A DNA stretch of 58,329 bases, the filler included, from Jimgerdemannia flammicorona (lineage: Eukaryota): the NCBI GenBank assembly GCA_003990765.1. It is 2 parts of 2 records of this genome, joined end to end, with 100 filler letters (N's around TTAATTAATTAA, not from the genome) between each part and the next. Parts side by side here need not be neighbours in the genome. Positions count along the whole stretch, not along the records: positions 1 to 29,121 come from RBNJ01000516.1; positions 29,222 to 58,329 come from RBNJ01000517.1. One strand, given 5' to 3'. How positions within the stretch are numbered: the stretch's first letter is position 1; each line of letters starts with the position of its first letter. Position numbers and translations under genes: made by a program. The notes under the pieces were generated by a model. That model was not told the origin of the DNA. It saw nothing but the letters and a program-made list of their open reading frames with translations, and ran no database searches. Of this stretch, positions 14,135 through 30,156 are shown in pieces.

Positions 14135-17100
14135 GTCACTTGGACTCTATTTTTTATTAATACTCTTGTCTATCCTCTATATAATACACAGTGCCCCATC
14201 CCTATCTGATCCTTCTAGAGGGCCCTCTCTCTCTTCCCACTACTCTCTCTCCCCACTCTCTCTTGATGAAAGATTACTTTGTCAAACACCATCTCCACCT
14301 GCTTATCACTCTGTTTATAGATTTTTTTTACTAAATAGTGATGTTGCCCACCCTGGAGACTTCAACCAATTCACTACTCAGTCAGTAGATTTTTTACTAA
14401 AGTTTTCCACCTCAATAACTTCTTCTGTATTTTTATTTGTTGTTCTTTCTTAAAAACAAAGAGCTAATACTCAGCTAAACCTATTTATACTGTTATAATT
14501 TACCTTACTGTGAGTTATTTATTGTTAATATCTTTTATCAGTTTAGATTTTAAATCCTCCTAGTAATCTCTCTTGTTATTTGACCTCTTTTTTATATTCA
14601 ACTGGGTCTTTATAGTTATTTAAAAGTTCTTTAAAATCTCATATTCTCTCAGTCAATATTCTGGCATCTGTATAACTCTTTCAATATATCTGATATTATA
14701 ATACTTCTTACAATCCAGTTGGTTATCATCTATCAGATGTCTAGCATAGAAATTCAATATAACATTCTTCTATAGTATTTGTCATTAAATTACCCAGAAC
14801 TTGAGAGGAAGTTATCTCTACACCTCTGTACTCTAGGATTAGATCTCTGCTCAGTCCCACTTCTTACCAATCCCCACTGTCTGTCAACCCTTTGATCAAA
14901 GATTCTGGCCAAGTTCTTGCTGATACTTCACTTCATTGCCAATATCAAACTCAGTAAGCAAAGTTCTCTCTAGAAGCAGTTGGTTTCATCTCCACATAGC
15001 AGGGCCCCACACCACCTCTCTCTCATTGCTACACTAGCACAGACCTATCTGGTATGCTCCATCCACCACTCTCCATCAGAAGCTCCTATATTTTATCTGT
15101 TGACTTTTATTCAGATCACCAGAGAGAGCAAATCACCTGAGGATCCTTGAGGAGAGAATCTCATCTCCTATATCTTCTGCATTAGTGGTATCCAATCTTC
15201 TCTCTACAGCTCTACTGTCCTTCTCAACCACCAGGCTTGCAGATAGTATAGCCACTTAGGGAAATCTATCAGACCTAGTTCTTCTCTAATCCCCAGCTCC
15301 ACAAAGGTATCTCAACTGATCTGGGACCTTCTTCTTATCCAAATCCAATTCCTAGTCAGTTTCATCAGCCTCTTCACCATCCAGGCTGGAAAGTCTAAGT
15401 GATATGCCACATACCACAGCTTGGGGAACCAGTAAACATTTAAGATCAATACCCACTCTGCCAGGGAGATGTGATGACCTCTCCAACCTCTAAGAACCTC
15501 CCCTCAAACAGCTACCTTCCACTCCCATCATATCTATAGTAAGACCAACCTATTTACAGAAAGGAAGATACCAAGGTACTGTACTACCTCTTCTGTGGGG
15601 ACAATTGTTCCAATGATATTCCCTCCCATTAGCCCATTTCCCAACACCATCATCTCATACTTATATCAGTTGAGTTTTGTCCCAGAGTGTATCTCATATC
15701 ATTCCACCATTTCCTTAAGTATCTCTACATCCTCTACTAATCCAAGTTCAACTACCATATCATCTATAAAGGCCCCCAACTTCCACACTATACTGTATAC
15801 TGAGAGTCTGGCCACCTTCCTATGGATCCTATCCATCAAAGGTTCTAGTGAAAGGGCATAAAGAATAAAAGACAGTGGGTCTTCTTGGGAAACTCTCCTT
15901 CCCAAGGGAAATGCCAAATCTCTGTTACCATTGCACATTAGTGCTGCCCTACTGCCCTCTAACAACTTCAATATAGAAGCTCTAAACTATTGTAGAACAC
16001 TAATTCTATCCAGTACCTTGCCCAGTCATACCTACCAAACATGGTCATAGGCCTTCTCCTGGTCCAGAAATACCAGTCTACTATTCAGTCTACAAGTCTG
16101 GGCCCCTTCTATAATACCATACACCCAGGCAGTTCCATCCCTGATAAGTCTTCCTCCTACAAAGCCCTGCTGCTCCTCACCTAGCACCTGTTGAGCAACC
16201 TTCTGTAGCCTTGCAACAATCACCTTAGTCACCAACTTCTGGTCCATATCCAGAAGTATGATTGGCCTCCAGTTCTTCCAGTCCTCCCACCTACCCTTGT
16301 CTTTATACAATAAGGCCACCAGCTCTAAGTCCTGCTCACCAACCCACTTGCTATTCAGAAGAACATAGTCACAGAGAGCAGCCATCTCTCCCAACACTTC
16401 AGAGACTTTTATCATCTTCTTCCAGAAGTCCCAAGGTAACCCATCCTCCCCAGGTACCATCCCAAGCTTAGTTGCTGCAAGGACCCCCTGAATCTCCTTC
16501 TCTTGGACTAGTAAGATCAGATCACAAAGTCTCTCTACCTGTGGTAGCTCCTACTCTTCCAGAGCATCACCAATTACCTCTTCCTCCACACTCTCTTCTT
16601 CCTTACTCCACAGACCCCACCAACTCTCCTTCAAAACTTCCAAGATCTATTACATATCATGTACTATATTTCCTTTAGCATCTAAGACTCCATCTCACTA
16701 ATGTTATATTCTCTTAGCTTTGAGGAGTCTAGACAAGTACCTAGTAGGCTGCTCCCCCTCCTCCAGCTCCCACCACCATAACCTGGCAGTCATCCCTCAC
16801 ATATGAATCTCTTCCTTCTCCCTCAACACCTGTTGTAGATCTACTATCTCCAGTTTCACCCACTCTAACCTCCAATCATCCATCTCAACAGAAGAAAGCA
16901 AGTCCACCCATTCCATCTGCAATCTCATCAGCCTATTTGAAGCACACCATATGCACTTCCTCCTCTGTCTCCCAGCCTCTCTACTAGCTCCACCCCAATA
17001 AACCCTTGTAGCCTCCTTCAATCTCATCTACCAGACACTCACAAACAAACCCTCATGCCTCCAGATAGGAACCTTCACCTGTACATCCTCCACCCATGAG

Positions 17101-20100
17101 TCCCACAACCCCTTTTTGGCTAGCAGAGAGGAGTTAAGGCACCAATGTCTAGGTCCATCTCCACTTCCCCCAAACTGCCCTTGCCCCAACAGTCCCCAGT
17201 GATCAAACCATGGGCACCACTCCACCTCTAAAGTCTTCCAAACATCAGCACCCCAACATTCAGCTGTCAGTATTCAGTCAATTCTCATACCTAAGCTATT
17301 TATCCAATGTGTGTAGACTCTGGTATTGCCCCATCATATTCTGCCCATATCTCCTAAGGAACTAAGATTCTCCACCTCCTCCTATGCCTCCAGGTCACTA
17401 CTCTTCCCACCTGCAGTTCTCTCTCCATCAGTTCTATCCAGATGGGGATCCTGAATCATATTAAAATCACCACCCAGAATATTGACTTCTTTCTCTAAGA
17501 GAATACCCTCCTCCAGCAGCTCTCTAATCTATATAATCTTCTCACCCCTTACTGCAGGGCAGTAATAAGAGCCAACCCTCACCAATTCCCACCCTGGCTG
17601 AATCCAATCTCCTCAGACCAATCGATCACCCCAGTTCCTGATTCCCCCCAGATCACTTCTACTCTTCTTCACCAGAATTGCCACTTTGCCAAACTAAGCA
17701 GTAGCTTCACCTCATTCTCTAGTCCACTCTATCCAATTATCTTCATCCTCACACCTTATATTCTACAGTAAAAAGAGATCAGCCTCCAATCCCTTAAGCC
17801 AAGTAAAAATATTCTTATGCCACCCAGAACCCCTTAATCCATTCATATTCAAAGAGAAAATGTTAATTATACTGTTCATAGGAAATAATATTATATATTG
17901 CTCACATTCTCTATAAATCCACATTCAACCCCTTCTGTACCAAGTCTAAGTCTTGTTCTGCTGCTAGTTCATTCTTCTCAGCTTCCTGTGCCTCCAACCC
18001 TCCTAGCAGTTCAGCCATTGCCCCATCCTCTCTCTCCTCAAAGTCTTTATGATACTCTAGACAGGCCTCCTGCCAGAGCTGTAAACCATGATGCTCTGCC
18101 CAATAGTAGGCAGCTTGCTCACCAGCAATAACTGCCAGCTCCTCCTCTCTCATCTTATCAACCTTGTATCTCTCCTCCTCTATGAAAATTGCCAAAATCT
18201 CCACTTTCAGTGCCTCCACCACCCTATTGCCATACAGAATCCACACCCAATGCTCCTCAGGCATCATACATAGATCTACCTCTCTCAACTCCTCAGCCAT
18301 GAGGTTATCCATCACCTTACTCATCCACAGCAGATTCCCCACCTCCTTCCCTCCTGGAGTCCCTGACCTCCCTGCATCCAACATTGTGGTATCAGCTCCT
18401 ATACTGGCAGCCTCATCCTACTTCTCCTCAGGGACATCCACTAGCTCATCCTTGCCAACCACTACTACCTGGCCCCCTTTCATCACATCAGAGACCCCAA
18501 AGTACACTTGCTGGGCCCCCTTCATCAGTACATCCTCTGTTACCCCTCTCTTCACAGCCAGGTCCCTCCTGATAAGAGGGGGGGGGGGGGGTAGTATCCA
18601 AATCCTACTCCCAGACTTCAAATATACCATCTGCATAGAGGTCTTTGCTCAGTACCTCCCCAGCATCTTTCTTGTTTGTCTCTATATCCCCTTCTCCTTT
18701 ACTAGCTCAGACACTGGCTTCAATACCCCCAGACACCTCAGCCTCATCTACCTTCTTCTTTGCCCCTCCTTTCATACTCACCAATAGCTCCCTCTGCCTC
18801 TTGCACCCCTGGGCCTGCTCTCACTGCCTCTTGTCAGTGTGAATATGCTTCCTATCCACAATCTCCAGATGTGTTGACTCCTCAAACACTCTCCAGGCCT
18901 TTGCCCTCCTCTCCACCATACCACTCAACTCTTCCAGAGCCTCCAACAAGTCCTCCTCCTCTTCTTCACTCCCTTTCACCCTCAATACCTTACAGACAAA
19001 AGCCCCCTACATTAGTACCAAGGGTCAGTCACTTGCCTTTCCAGTAGCCTCCTTTTCTGCCAGCTGAATCCTGACATTGACATCATCCATCCTGAATATG
19101 GTCCCCTCCCATATCTGGAAGCTAATATCCACCATATCACTATACTCTACTATCACCTTCTCTACCCTTCTCCTAGTTTCCTCCTTCATCACTGTCAGCA
19201 CCCCCCTCACCAGAAGCTACACCACTCTGGGGTTCCACCTCAAGCACCACACTATAGGGACCACTACTTCTCCAACTACTACTCCAGTCTTCAGGACCTT
19301 GTCCAGTGGGCCTGCCTCCTCAAAGTTCACCTCAACTCCCTCCAGACCCTTCAGGAACTTCACTGAGGCTGCCCCAGCCACCTGTTTCGAAATAAGCCCC
19401 AGGACTATCCCCACCATCACTGCCAAGCCTCAAAAGTACATGGTAGCCACAAACTCTGAGATCGACTTCTTGAGCAATGGGGCCACAACCAGCCCCATTA
19501 TACTATCTGTCAGGTCCCCCTTCTACATTGGGACCCCCTGCCCCACCTGGCCATCAGCTATTACATCTCTTTTTTTTTCCTAATTCTCCATCACACTCCC
19601 ATCAATAATCACACTCCCAGCCATAGCCCTTCCAGCCCCTATACTCCCATTCCCCCTGAGGGCCACTCCCATCTCCCCCCTGAGGGCTACTCCCCCTCCT
19701 AATGCTAGCCTTGCCCTTCCCCTCAGCAGTGCCAGCCCTGGTTCCAGCAGACCATCTACTCACCTTCACCTTGTTGGTGAAGCTGGAGGGACCAGGCCAT
19801 CCCCCAGATCCACCAGACACCGGTCCTCTTCCAGAGTCTTCACTACCCTTTGACCCTCCAAAAGCCCCCATCTCCAATCCATACCCTCTCCCTACATGCT
19901 GCCAGCTGAATGCCCCAGGTCCACCCAACCCAGCATGCCCATCAGAACTCTTGCTTGATGACATTTTTATAATACCTTTTCTCTGAGTTGTGTTGAAAAC
20001 CATTGCTTGAAGTTTGTGTAATGTGAATTGTACAGGAGAAAAAGAGTTGCCTTTGGCTTGTCATTATCAATCCTCATCACGCGTTTCACCTCATGAAATT

Positions 20101-20438
20101 CTTCAAACTGTTTTGAACTAACATCTAATGGCGATTTCACCGCAGCATACAATACTTGGAATCTAACATCCAGCTCACAAGCGTAGGGGAACGCACGATG
20201 GACATGGCCGTCTTTAAGTCACTCTTCGACATATTGAAAGAGCGTGACCTTATCCAGATTCACTAGTAAGTGGGAAGGGTTGTTTTACTTTATTCTTTCC
20301 TTCGTAATAACTCTTGATATGTTTGATGATAGCGGAGAAGCGGAGAGCCGCGCATCACAGACATGACAAGAACGAATAATCCGGAATCTCTCGCCTTTGT
20401 CCAAGCCACACGGAGATCACTTCGATTGGCTATGCACG
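12058..20438 (+). pseudogene. 8-exon gene, probably a Crinkler-associated/PD-(D/E)XK REase-like family protein; disrupted and 3'-truncated
   Basis: Phase-consistent GT-AG exons 12058-12309, 12572-12634, 12779-12862, 12942-13273, 13332-13509, 13634-13866, 20146-20265 and 20333-20438. Recognisable motifs EWSLSGFLEHR..KDKEH.RY, INHFW, SPMWWRILDLR and YGEAESRAS..G..FDW. In-frame TGA at 12082 and 20364. Ends against the hAT relic near 20500. The family assignment comes from motif memory only. Confidence 0.7.
14092..20047 (-). mobile_element. Full-length (~5.95 kb) L1/Tx1-like LINE with poly(A) tail and TSD, inside intron 6 of the host gene
   Basis: TSD TGCCTTTGGCTTGTCA(TT) at 14076-14091 and 20048-20063. 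Poly-T 14092-14130. ORF1 runs about 19964-17911. ORF2 starts at ATG 17879 (MNSIINIFSLNMNGLRGSG, APE endonuclease start) with RT motifs PGEDGLPWDFWKK, NWRPIILLDMDQKL, LDQEKAYDHV, QEDPLS and AFIDD. Multiple stops. Confidence 0.95.
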
Positions 20439-20504
20439 GTATGATCTCTCGCCTTTGGACGAGACCTCGATTCTCAGGTTTTTGAAAAACAGTTATCTTA
20501 CATT

Positions 20505-23613
<3,109 letters not shown>

Positions 23614-25990
23614 ATAAGATATCATCTCAGTATATTATAAACTATATAAAGAGTTAGCTGATCTTAGATATTAAGTACTAGTAAAGGTTTTAGCTAGTAC
23701 TCCTAATAAATTAAATTAAATTAAATTAAATCCAAATTTGAATTAATTTAATCAAATCAAAGATCTAATTTAATTTAATTTGAATTGAATTAAAGATCTA
23801 ATTCAATTTGAGATTTGATTTAAACTCTATTTTTAAAAATAGTATTTAAATTGGATCCTTAATTTAATTTGATTTAAATTGAAAATTTTCTAATTTGATT
23901 TAATTTGAATAACTCTCAATTTAATTTAATTTAAATTAACTCAATTTATTTGAAAGTACTAGTTCTAACAAGTCTTTAGTATCTATAGCAGACTCTCTGA
24001 GCTTTGATAGATTTTCTGATAAATATAATTCTAGTATAGTGACTATTATTCAGATATTATCAGAATGAGAAGAAATAATAACAAAGTATAATAAGGTAAT
24101 GGATATTGGTTTCTAGATCTAGAAGAGGACATATTTCTAAACTAGCAATATCTTCAGCTTACTGAGAGCAAGGCTACTGAAAAGGCTCAGAACTAGTCCT
24201 CAATATTAATGTGAGAGATATTTATCTGTAAGGTATCAAGAGTGAAGGGGAGTATAGAGGAGAAGGAGAATCTGTTGTAGATCTTAGAGAACTCAGTTGG
24301 ATAGTTAAGCATTAGATAGCAGTATGGAGAACTTATGAGAATTCAATATACTTAGAGGTAGTAAATAGAAAAAGATAGTGAGTTGATAAGATATTATAAA
24401 AGAAGGTCTAGGAGAGAAAGTGGCAGAAGAAACCATTAGTAGATCTGAAAGATGAGTTTATAGATAAGGCTAATATAGTCTCTGGTAGAATAATAGTAAG
24501 TGTTTGGGCTGAGAATAGTACTGGAGAGATATTGGGAGATAGAGCAGAGAGTCAGAAGATTAGAGACCAGTAGCTTTATGATAAAGAAGTACTAGAAGTC
24601 TGAGAGGAGGGGAAGAGACTGAAGGTAAGAACTGATACTTAGAGTAGAGAGTATAAGATGGATGTAGAAATAAGGAGCACTTATAGAGTTTATTTTAGAG
24701 TACTAGATATAGCTAAGAGTAGACAGATAGTTAGTATTATAGAAGAGAAGCTGCAAGATGTTCTAAAGAAAAAGTGGGATGAGTTAGCTAGTACTAGTAT
24801 TAATATCTCAATATTGAGAGAAGAGAGGCTAGTGATCTCTGAGAGTAGGAGAATTGGAGACCTGATATAGATAATTAAGATAATGAATGGCCTGATAACA
24901 GAGGAGCTGAAAGAGGTAAACTTGTGGATAATGTATAAGTGAGGAGTATTAAGAGTAAGTATTGAGAAGAAATAGACTAGTGAAGAAGCTAAAGATAGAG
25001 ATACTGGCTATACTATTAGAAGAGATGAGGTTGATATAGCTAGGGAGACTGAATTAGCAACTATTGTAGAAAAGAGAACTATATTCTAGTTTAAGTAATG
25101 ATATGGACTGTAGTTCCAACAGAAGACTTATAAGGAATATAAAGAGAAGAATGATAAGATAATTACTGAGATTTTAGTTGGTTTGGAGAAAAGAGAAGCT
25201 GTAAAGATAGCTATAGAGATAGAACATAGTCTAGACTTAGCTTAAGAGAAGATAAGTATAGAACTATAAAGAGTTAGATTACTCTTATAACATTATTACT
25301 ATAAATAGTATAACTAATATTTTCTTACTAAATGTTAGTAGCTTGAGGAGTTTTGTAAGGTATTAGAATATTTTTGCTTAGCTAAGAGATCTAGAAGTAG
25401 ATCTTTTTCTATTATAGAATATATACTGTAAGGAGGATATAAAGAGATAGAATTAAACAAAAGAATAGAGTAAGATAGCTATCTGATATAGTAAGATAGA
25501 AATTTTAATATAATAGAACAAAGGAAACCTTAGTAGAATTAGTAGTTGAGAGGAGTAATTGATTTAGAAAGAGTGGTAGAAACTGAGTTGAGAGCTAGTA
25601 GTGATTGACTCTTGTTACTACCTGGTAATTTGAAAGAACTAGATAAAGTGATTAACTAAACTTTATAAGTACAGTATCTTAGCTAAGGCTGGGATAGATA
25701 TATTTAATAGAGACTTTAATATAGTATAAGATGTAAAGCTGGATAGGACTGATAGAGAGAAATACTTTAGGATTAGAGTAGTATTCTAGATATATATCTG
25801 AGAGGAAGTAGAGCAGTTAAGTTCTTTAATGAATACTGGTAGGTCAATTTGAAGAAATAGAAGAGTCTATACTTATTGAGTAAATAGGCTTGAGATATAG
25901 ATTAACTGGATATTAACTGCTGATTGCTGAGATTTAGATATTTAGATAAAGCTTAAAATAGAGTAATATCTGTAATCAGATTATTGAGAA
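23614..25990 (+). mobile_element. Degenerate LINE (ORF1 + endonuclease), same family as 14092-20047
   Basis: Near 24090-24140, MDIGF*I*KRTYF matches ORF1 MVDISFQIWEGTIF. ORF2 start near 25300 (NIFLLNVSSLRS). Contains the 23695 MITE. Confidence 0.8.
23695..23961. mobile_element. hAT MITE copy lacking the central hairpin
   Basis: TAGTACTCC...GAAAGTACTA termini, TSD GTTTTAGC/GTTCTAAC. Confidence 0.85.
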
Positions 25991-25991
25991 C

Positions 25992-26316
25992 TAATAATTT
26001 TAATAAATCAAAGGTCTAATTCAATTTGATTTAAATCAAATCAAAGGTCCAATTTGATTTGAAATTTAATTTAAACTCTATTTTTTAAAATTCAATAATT
26101 CAATAAAAACATATCCAAATTTAATAATCTTTAGCTTGTTAGATTTCTCTATATAATAGAAATCTAATAAGCTAAAAATCTTTAAATTTATATGTATTTT
26201 CATTAAGTTATTATATTTCTAAAAATAGGGTTCAAATTGAATTCTCAATTTAATTTAATTTGAATGACTCTCAATTTAATTTAATTTGAATTAATTTGAT
26301 TCATTTGAGAGTACTA
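25992..26316. mobile_element. hAT MITE copy (left end degraded, no matching TSD)
   Basis: Same subterminal repeats and hairpin. Right end GAGAGTACTA. Confidence 0.8.
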
Positions 26317-26418
26317 TATACTAGTATTACTGAAGTAAAAATAGTTAAATATGTTATTTTTTACAAAAAGATATATATATAGCTTAGCTCACTTTATATA
26401 GTTTGAGTAAAAAAAGTC

Positions 26419-26453
<35 letters not shown>

Positions 26454-26589
26454 TAATTTTTTTTTTTTTTTTTTTGTTCTATGAACACTAAGTCTCTTTA
26501 TTAACTAATTTATAATAAATATATAGTTCTTATATCATACTAGTAGCTCTAACCTAATTTCATCCTACTCTATTCTAATACTCTCTCTC

Positions 26590-27280
26590 TTTCTTATTCT
26601 CTTAGTAGGTAGAAGAGAGATCAGTCTGATGAACTTCTTAAAGAGATTATACAGTCTTTAGGCTTAGTAACTGAAGAGAGTTATTGAGCTGTTGAGAGAT
26701 AGATAAGTACTATTAATATATATAGAGAGTCTGAGAGATAAGATTTTCTCTTAGAGAATTCTCTAGTAATTTACTATCTATAATTAATATAAGAAATAAT
26801 AGATACTTATAGTACTAGAGATTCTAATGAGAAGTAGTAGAGAGTACTTATTGTATTGACTTATACTGATATAATAATGAGAGTAAGATCTAGTAAGATC
26901 CTATAATATAGAGATAAGATAAGCTTCTATTAGATAGTATACTACTAATAGACTTTAATATTAGTAAAGGAGTTAAGTATCAGTAAGGAATAGATCAAGA
27001 TCTGTGACTAGTGAGTTAGCATATAATAGATATTAGTGAGGCTTAGAACTAGGCTAGAGTCTGATACTTAGTAGAAAGGATTTATAAGAAGAGTTATAGA
27101 TAGATAATAGTATAGTTATATTTAAAAGAAAGAAGATTGGAAAAAGAGAATATATTAGAGTAAGATAGAGTAGAGTAAATTAGATAGAACTACTGATATA
27201 ATAAAAACTATGTATTTATTATAGACTAGTTAATAAAGTAAGTTTGAGTAACTATGAATATATATATATATTTAAAATAA
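26590..27280 (+). mobile_element. LINE ORF2 C-terminal relic
   Basis: Aligns with 4450-4900 (e.g. TAGATCAAGATCTGTGACTAG near 26990 vs TAGATCAAAATCTGTGACTAG near 4563). Confidence 0.6.
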
Positions 27281-27712
27281 GATATATTACAAGACTATTA
27301 TATTTTTTATATATTAGTTTAATGCTATTATCATTCTATTCTTCAAGATAAGCAGTATAGTAATTATAAAACATAGGAATTACTTATTGAACTATCAGAA
27401 ATATACTTAACTAAGCTCACTTTTACTTTAGACAATATCTGATATTAAAAGCTGAGAAGATAGATATTATGTCATCATCTAGAATGAGACTTATATATTG
27501 AAGATATATAACTAGTATAGGAATATATAGATGATAAAAAGATCAAAAATATATGACTATCATAGCTGTAAGATTAAGATAGATAGAGATAAAAATGAAG
27601 CTTAGGGAATTTTCCTCCAGACATCACTTGATAGAGCCTTGGTTCTCTATAAAGAAGATGATAGCTTTATATAGTAATGCCTAGTAATGTTTATTATTAA
27701 TGTATTACAATC

Positions 27713-28907
27713 TACAGTCTCTTTCTCCGTTATCTTACTGGTCACAAGGTTTGGTAGGCAACCTTCTGAGTCCCCTTTTCTCTAATATTACCCCCTCTAT
27801 CTCAGGTTGGTTTGCTATACCTATATAGATATAGTGGGAAGAGGGCAATAGTGATGAGTTGCCCCTTTATCAGTATCAGATTGGTGTCTTCTCTACTTTT
27901 TTGTGGTTTCTGATGTCTTTGGCTGTGTCTGGAGTATATTTGTTTTGATGTGGTATCTTTTTCCTTTTACCATCACCAACAAGGTGCTGTCTTGATATAT
28001 CTTGGGCTATATAGAGAGTCAGCCAACCTTGGGCATTAAGTATTCAGTATAGGTTACCTACAGGTCCTTAGTACCTGTGGTAAGGCCCTCTGGCTTTGGT
28101 GAGCTTTCTGGTGAGTGCGGTTCTGATATGTATAAGTGACTGTTTTTTGGGTGTTGTCAGGATGGGAGAGGAGATGGCCATCATAGATAGGAGAAAGGAT
28201 AATAATGGTGAACCAGTAGGATGTCAGGCTGGGGGTAGTCGTTGGGGCTGGGGCAGGTGCTGCTTTGGTGGGGCCTTTTGATTGGTGCAGTACAGTTAGG
28301 TGGTAGGTGTCACTCTCGGTTTCTTTTGGCAGTCAGCGGGGTTGGGTCCCAGTCATCAGGGGGGGTCAGGGGGCCTGAGGCTATTCATTTCAGGCATCTT
28401 GGCTATACTCAACTGGAACCGAGAACTGACATAGCAACATGATTGAGGCCCACAGACTTGAGTAGTGGGATATTGGGGGTTTCCTCTTACCTCATGTATA
28501 AGTCCTTTACTTATCTCAACTAGAAGAACCAGGCTCTACCCACTGTGTTGTACTTTGATGAGGATTTTTCTTTGTCTGTCATTCTCTTTGGAATGGCAGA
28601 GGCTATTCTATTCAGCTTGGGTGTGGCCTTATACATATGTTGGGTTCTCAGGCATGTACTTTCAGTTGTTGGCATATGGTTGGGTTTCCTCTGGTGGTAG
28701 GGAGAGCATAGTACACAGAATGAGGTATGGGCCTACATCAGCCCTACTGTGCCTGGTATGGTCAAGCTGCTGGACAATAGCTAGCCTAGGTTAATGGGGG
28801 GGCAGTACTTGGTAGGTGGTGGGGGAGGGTTTTGGCCTATATAGTCTAGGTTCCCTTCCAATAAAAATCCGCGGGACATGAGTCCGTTAAACAAAAAAAA
28901 AAAAAAA
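27713..28907 (+). mobile_element. ~1.2-kb poly(A) retroposon (5'-truncated LINE of another family, or SINE-like)
   Basis: 14-bp TSD AATGTATTACAATC at 27699-27712 and 28908-28921. AATAAA at 28860 and a poly-A run at 28893-28909. Confidence 0.85.
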
Positions 28908-29121
28908 AATGTATTACAATCCATCTGACTCATGGAAATGCCACATTCAAACGGCTCTGCGAATGGTCCTATTCTTGGGGCTGGTCCAGAAAAGAAACGG
29001 TTCAACTGTATAGGCTCTACCATCACGATCCGCCATTAAAGTCTGAATTATTGTCTAGAAGAAAGCTCGATTGTAATTATATATACAACCCATTTGTTTT
29101 TTTTTTTTTTTTTTTTTTTTT

Positions 29122-29221
29122 NNNNNNNNNNNNNNNNNNNNNNNNNNNNNNNNNNNNNNNNNNNNTTAATTAATTAANNNNNNNNNNNNNNNNNNNNNNN
29201 NNNNNNNNNNNNNNNNNNNNN
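29122..29221. other. Assembly gap with artificial six-frame-stop linker TTAATTAATTAA
   Basis: A 100-bp N block with TTAATTAATTAA at 29166-29177. Confidence 0.97.
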
Positions 29222-29506
29222 TACCTTCTATTCTTCTATCAGATAGAGTTATCCCAAGGTTGGATTTTGGAAAACCTCTGAAATAAGATATTTTGGAAAA
29301 GTTTGTAGGCTTGCTGGCTTATATAATCAATATAAAATAAGGAATTGATATACTTTAAGAGATATTCAAGAGCTCTTATTATAAGAAATAATAAGAGCTA
29401 TAATATTTCTATTTTTCTAGAAGCTCTCCTCTGATAAGTTAGAAAATATATAATCAAATTTTTCAGTTTCTTCCTACTATTTTGGTAGGTTTTTAGGAAT
29501 TCTTGA

Positions 29507-29547
<41 letters not shown>

Positions 29548-29812
29548 GTGGGGGTTTTTAATTATTTAACCTTTTTTTTTTTAAATTTTTTTTTTTTTTA
29601 TTTTATTTTTTAGAAAGTAAAGAAGGATTGATATAAAGTGCAATTGATAGATTTTTTAGATTAATAATAGCAATACTAAGAATCTCAAGGCCAAATTCAT
29701 TCAGACTTAATTCTATATCTTAAGTCTACTGGATTTTAAAATACTGAGAATTCTGTGACTTGATCTTCCAGAGAGCTAGACAACAATACTCTATATATAG
29801 GATTGAGAGAAA

Positions 29813-30156
29813 TAGTACTTCCAAATAAATTGAATTGGGGATTTTTCAATTCAAATTAAGTTCAAATTAAATTGAATTTGAACTAATTTGAGGGCCCAAT
29901 TTGAACCCTATTTTTCAAAATATAATAACTCAATAAAAATACATCTAAATTTAATGATCTTTAGCTTGCTAGTTTCCTCTTATATAGGGAAATATAACAT
30001 ACTAAACATCTTTAAATCTGAATATATTTTTGTCAAGTTATTACATTTTGAATAATAGAGTTCAAATTGAATATTGAATTAAATTAGTCTTTAATTTGAT
30101 TGAATTGAATCAAATTTGGGTCAAATTCAATTCAATTTTATTTATTGAGAGTATTA
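29813..30156. mobile_element. hAT MITE copy
   Basis: TAGTACTTCC...GAGAGTATTA termini, TSD GAGAGAAA/GAGAGGAA. Confidence 0.88.

Noticed and set aside
17898..19986. Plus-strand Ser/Pro-rich ORFs (e.g. 18164-18787, 19077-19583)
   Set aside because: Antisense shadows of LINE ORF1.
29122..29221. TTAATTAATTAA palindrome within Ns
   Set aside because: An artificial contig-joining linker. Sequence on either side may not be adjacent in the genome.
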